Below, piece by piece: positions 63,551-64,000 of a DNA stretch of 64,000 nt. Numbering within the stretch: the stretch's first letter is position 1; the number at the start of each line of letters is the position of its first letter. The notes beneath the pieces are model-generated. The model was not told the DNA's origin. It saw only the letters and a list, made by a program, of their open reading frames with translations, and made no database searches. Position numbers and translations under genes: made by a program. Source of the stretch: Mytilus trossulus (taxonomy: Eukaryota); NCBI RefSeq assembly GCF_036588685.1, contig NC_086381.1, positions 25,358,001 through 25,422,000 of the forward strand. The letters run 5' to 3'.

Positions 63551-64000
63551 CTTACTACATGGAAGTAAAATGAAATATTTTTGCGATCTTCTGTTTTTAT
63601 TTTGTGTAATACATGTAGTTCAAAAATTAACAAAAGTTTCAAATCTCTGCGTTTTACTTTCTTTTTTTTCTTTTTTTTTTAAAGTCCAGTAAAGTTTATT
63701 GTTTATGCAAATAATTTGAAAATATGTTTAAGATTTTAGATGAGATTTCACTGAAGCCATCTGGTTTTCAGTATTTAGTAGAAGGGAGTACACTGGCCAT
63801 ATTGTCAGATTGGTACAGGAATACCATGTACAGTTTAAGGAAAAAGATCGACCATGTGCACTAAAAATGATGGTTGACTGTTTCATGACTCCAGATAAGT
63901 ATGGTATAAAAGGAGGAACATCAGCCTTCTCAAAGTCCCCATTAGGTGGAGTTGTGACAAATGTGGAAAATAAGTCTCTGTGAACTTTCATATCTTACAG

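Overview
AT-rich eukaryotic DNA made almost entirely of nested mobile elements. GT-AG introns, LTR/LINE/DIRS/hAT elements and HINE-type repeats point to an invertebrate, probably a mytilid bivalve (inference from recalled repeat families, not a search). No ordinary housekeeping gene is visible. Well-supported elements: (1) a near-intact Mag-like Ty3/Gypsy element (25321-34724; 278-bp LTRs differing at 2 sites, AAGGA TSD, tRNA-Ser PBS), interrupted by a Ngaro/PAT-type tyrosine-recombinase retroelement with split direct repeats (28136-32730); (2) two copies of a Helentron-associated (HINE-like) element; (3) a hAT 3' half, several MITEs, a LINE 3' end and two decayed tRNA-His-primed Gypsy 5' halves. 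The most interesting signal is underneath these. At least seven spliced BEN-domain gene units lie on the + strand. Five are followed by an array of short palindromes ending in ...GGG, like a CMC/EnSpm-type right end, and related BEN proteins sit next to related palindromes. A very divergent Academ-like transposase/5'-nuclease gene (14221-22580) lies between phase-0 tandem repeat exons that are splice-compatible with the first BEN gene, an arrangement reminiscent of plant CACTA TnpA/TnpD. This may be an undescribed family of large DNA transposons with cognate BEN DNA-binding accessory proteins. That reading is inference and needs homology searches and RNA-seq.
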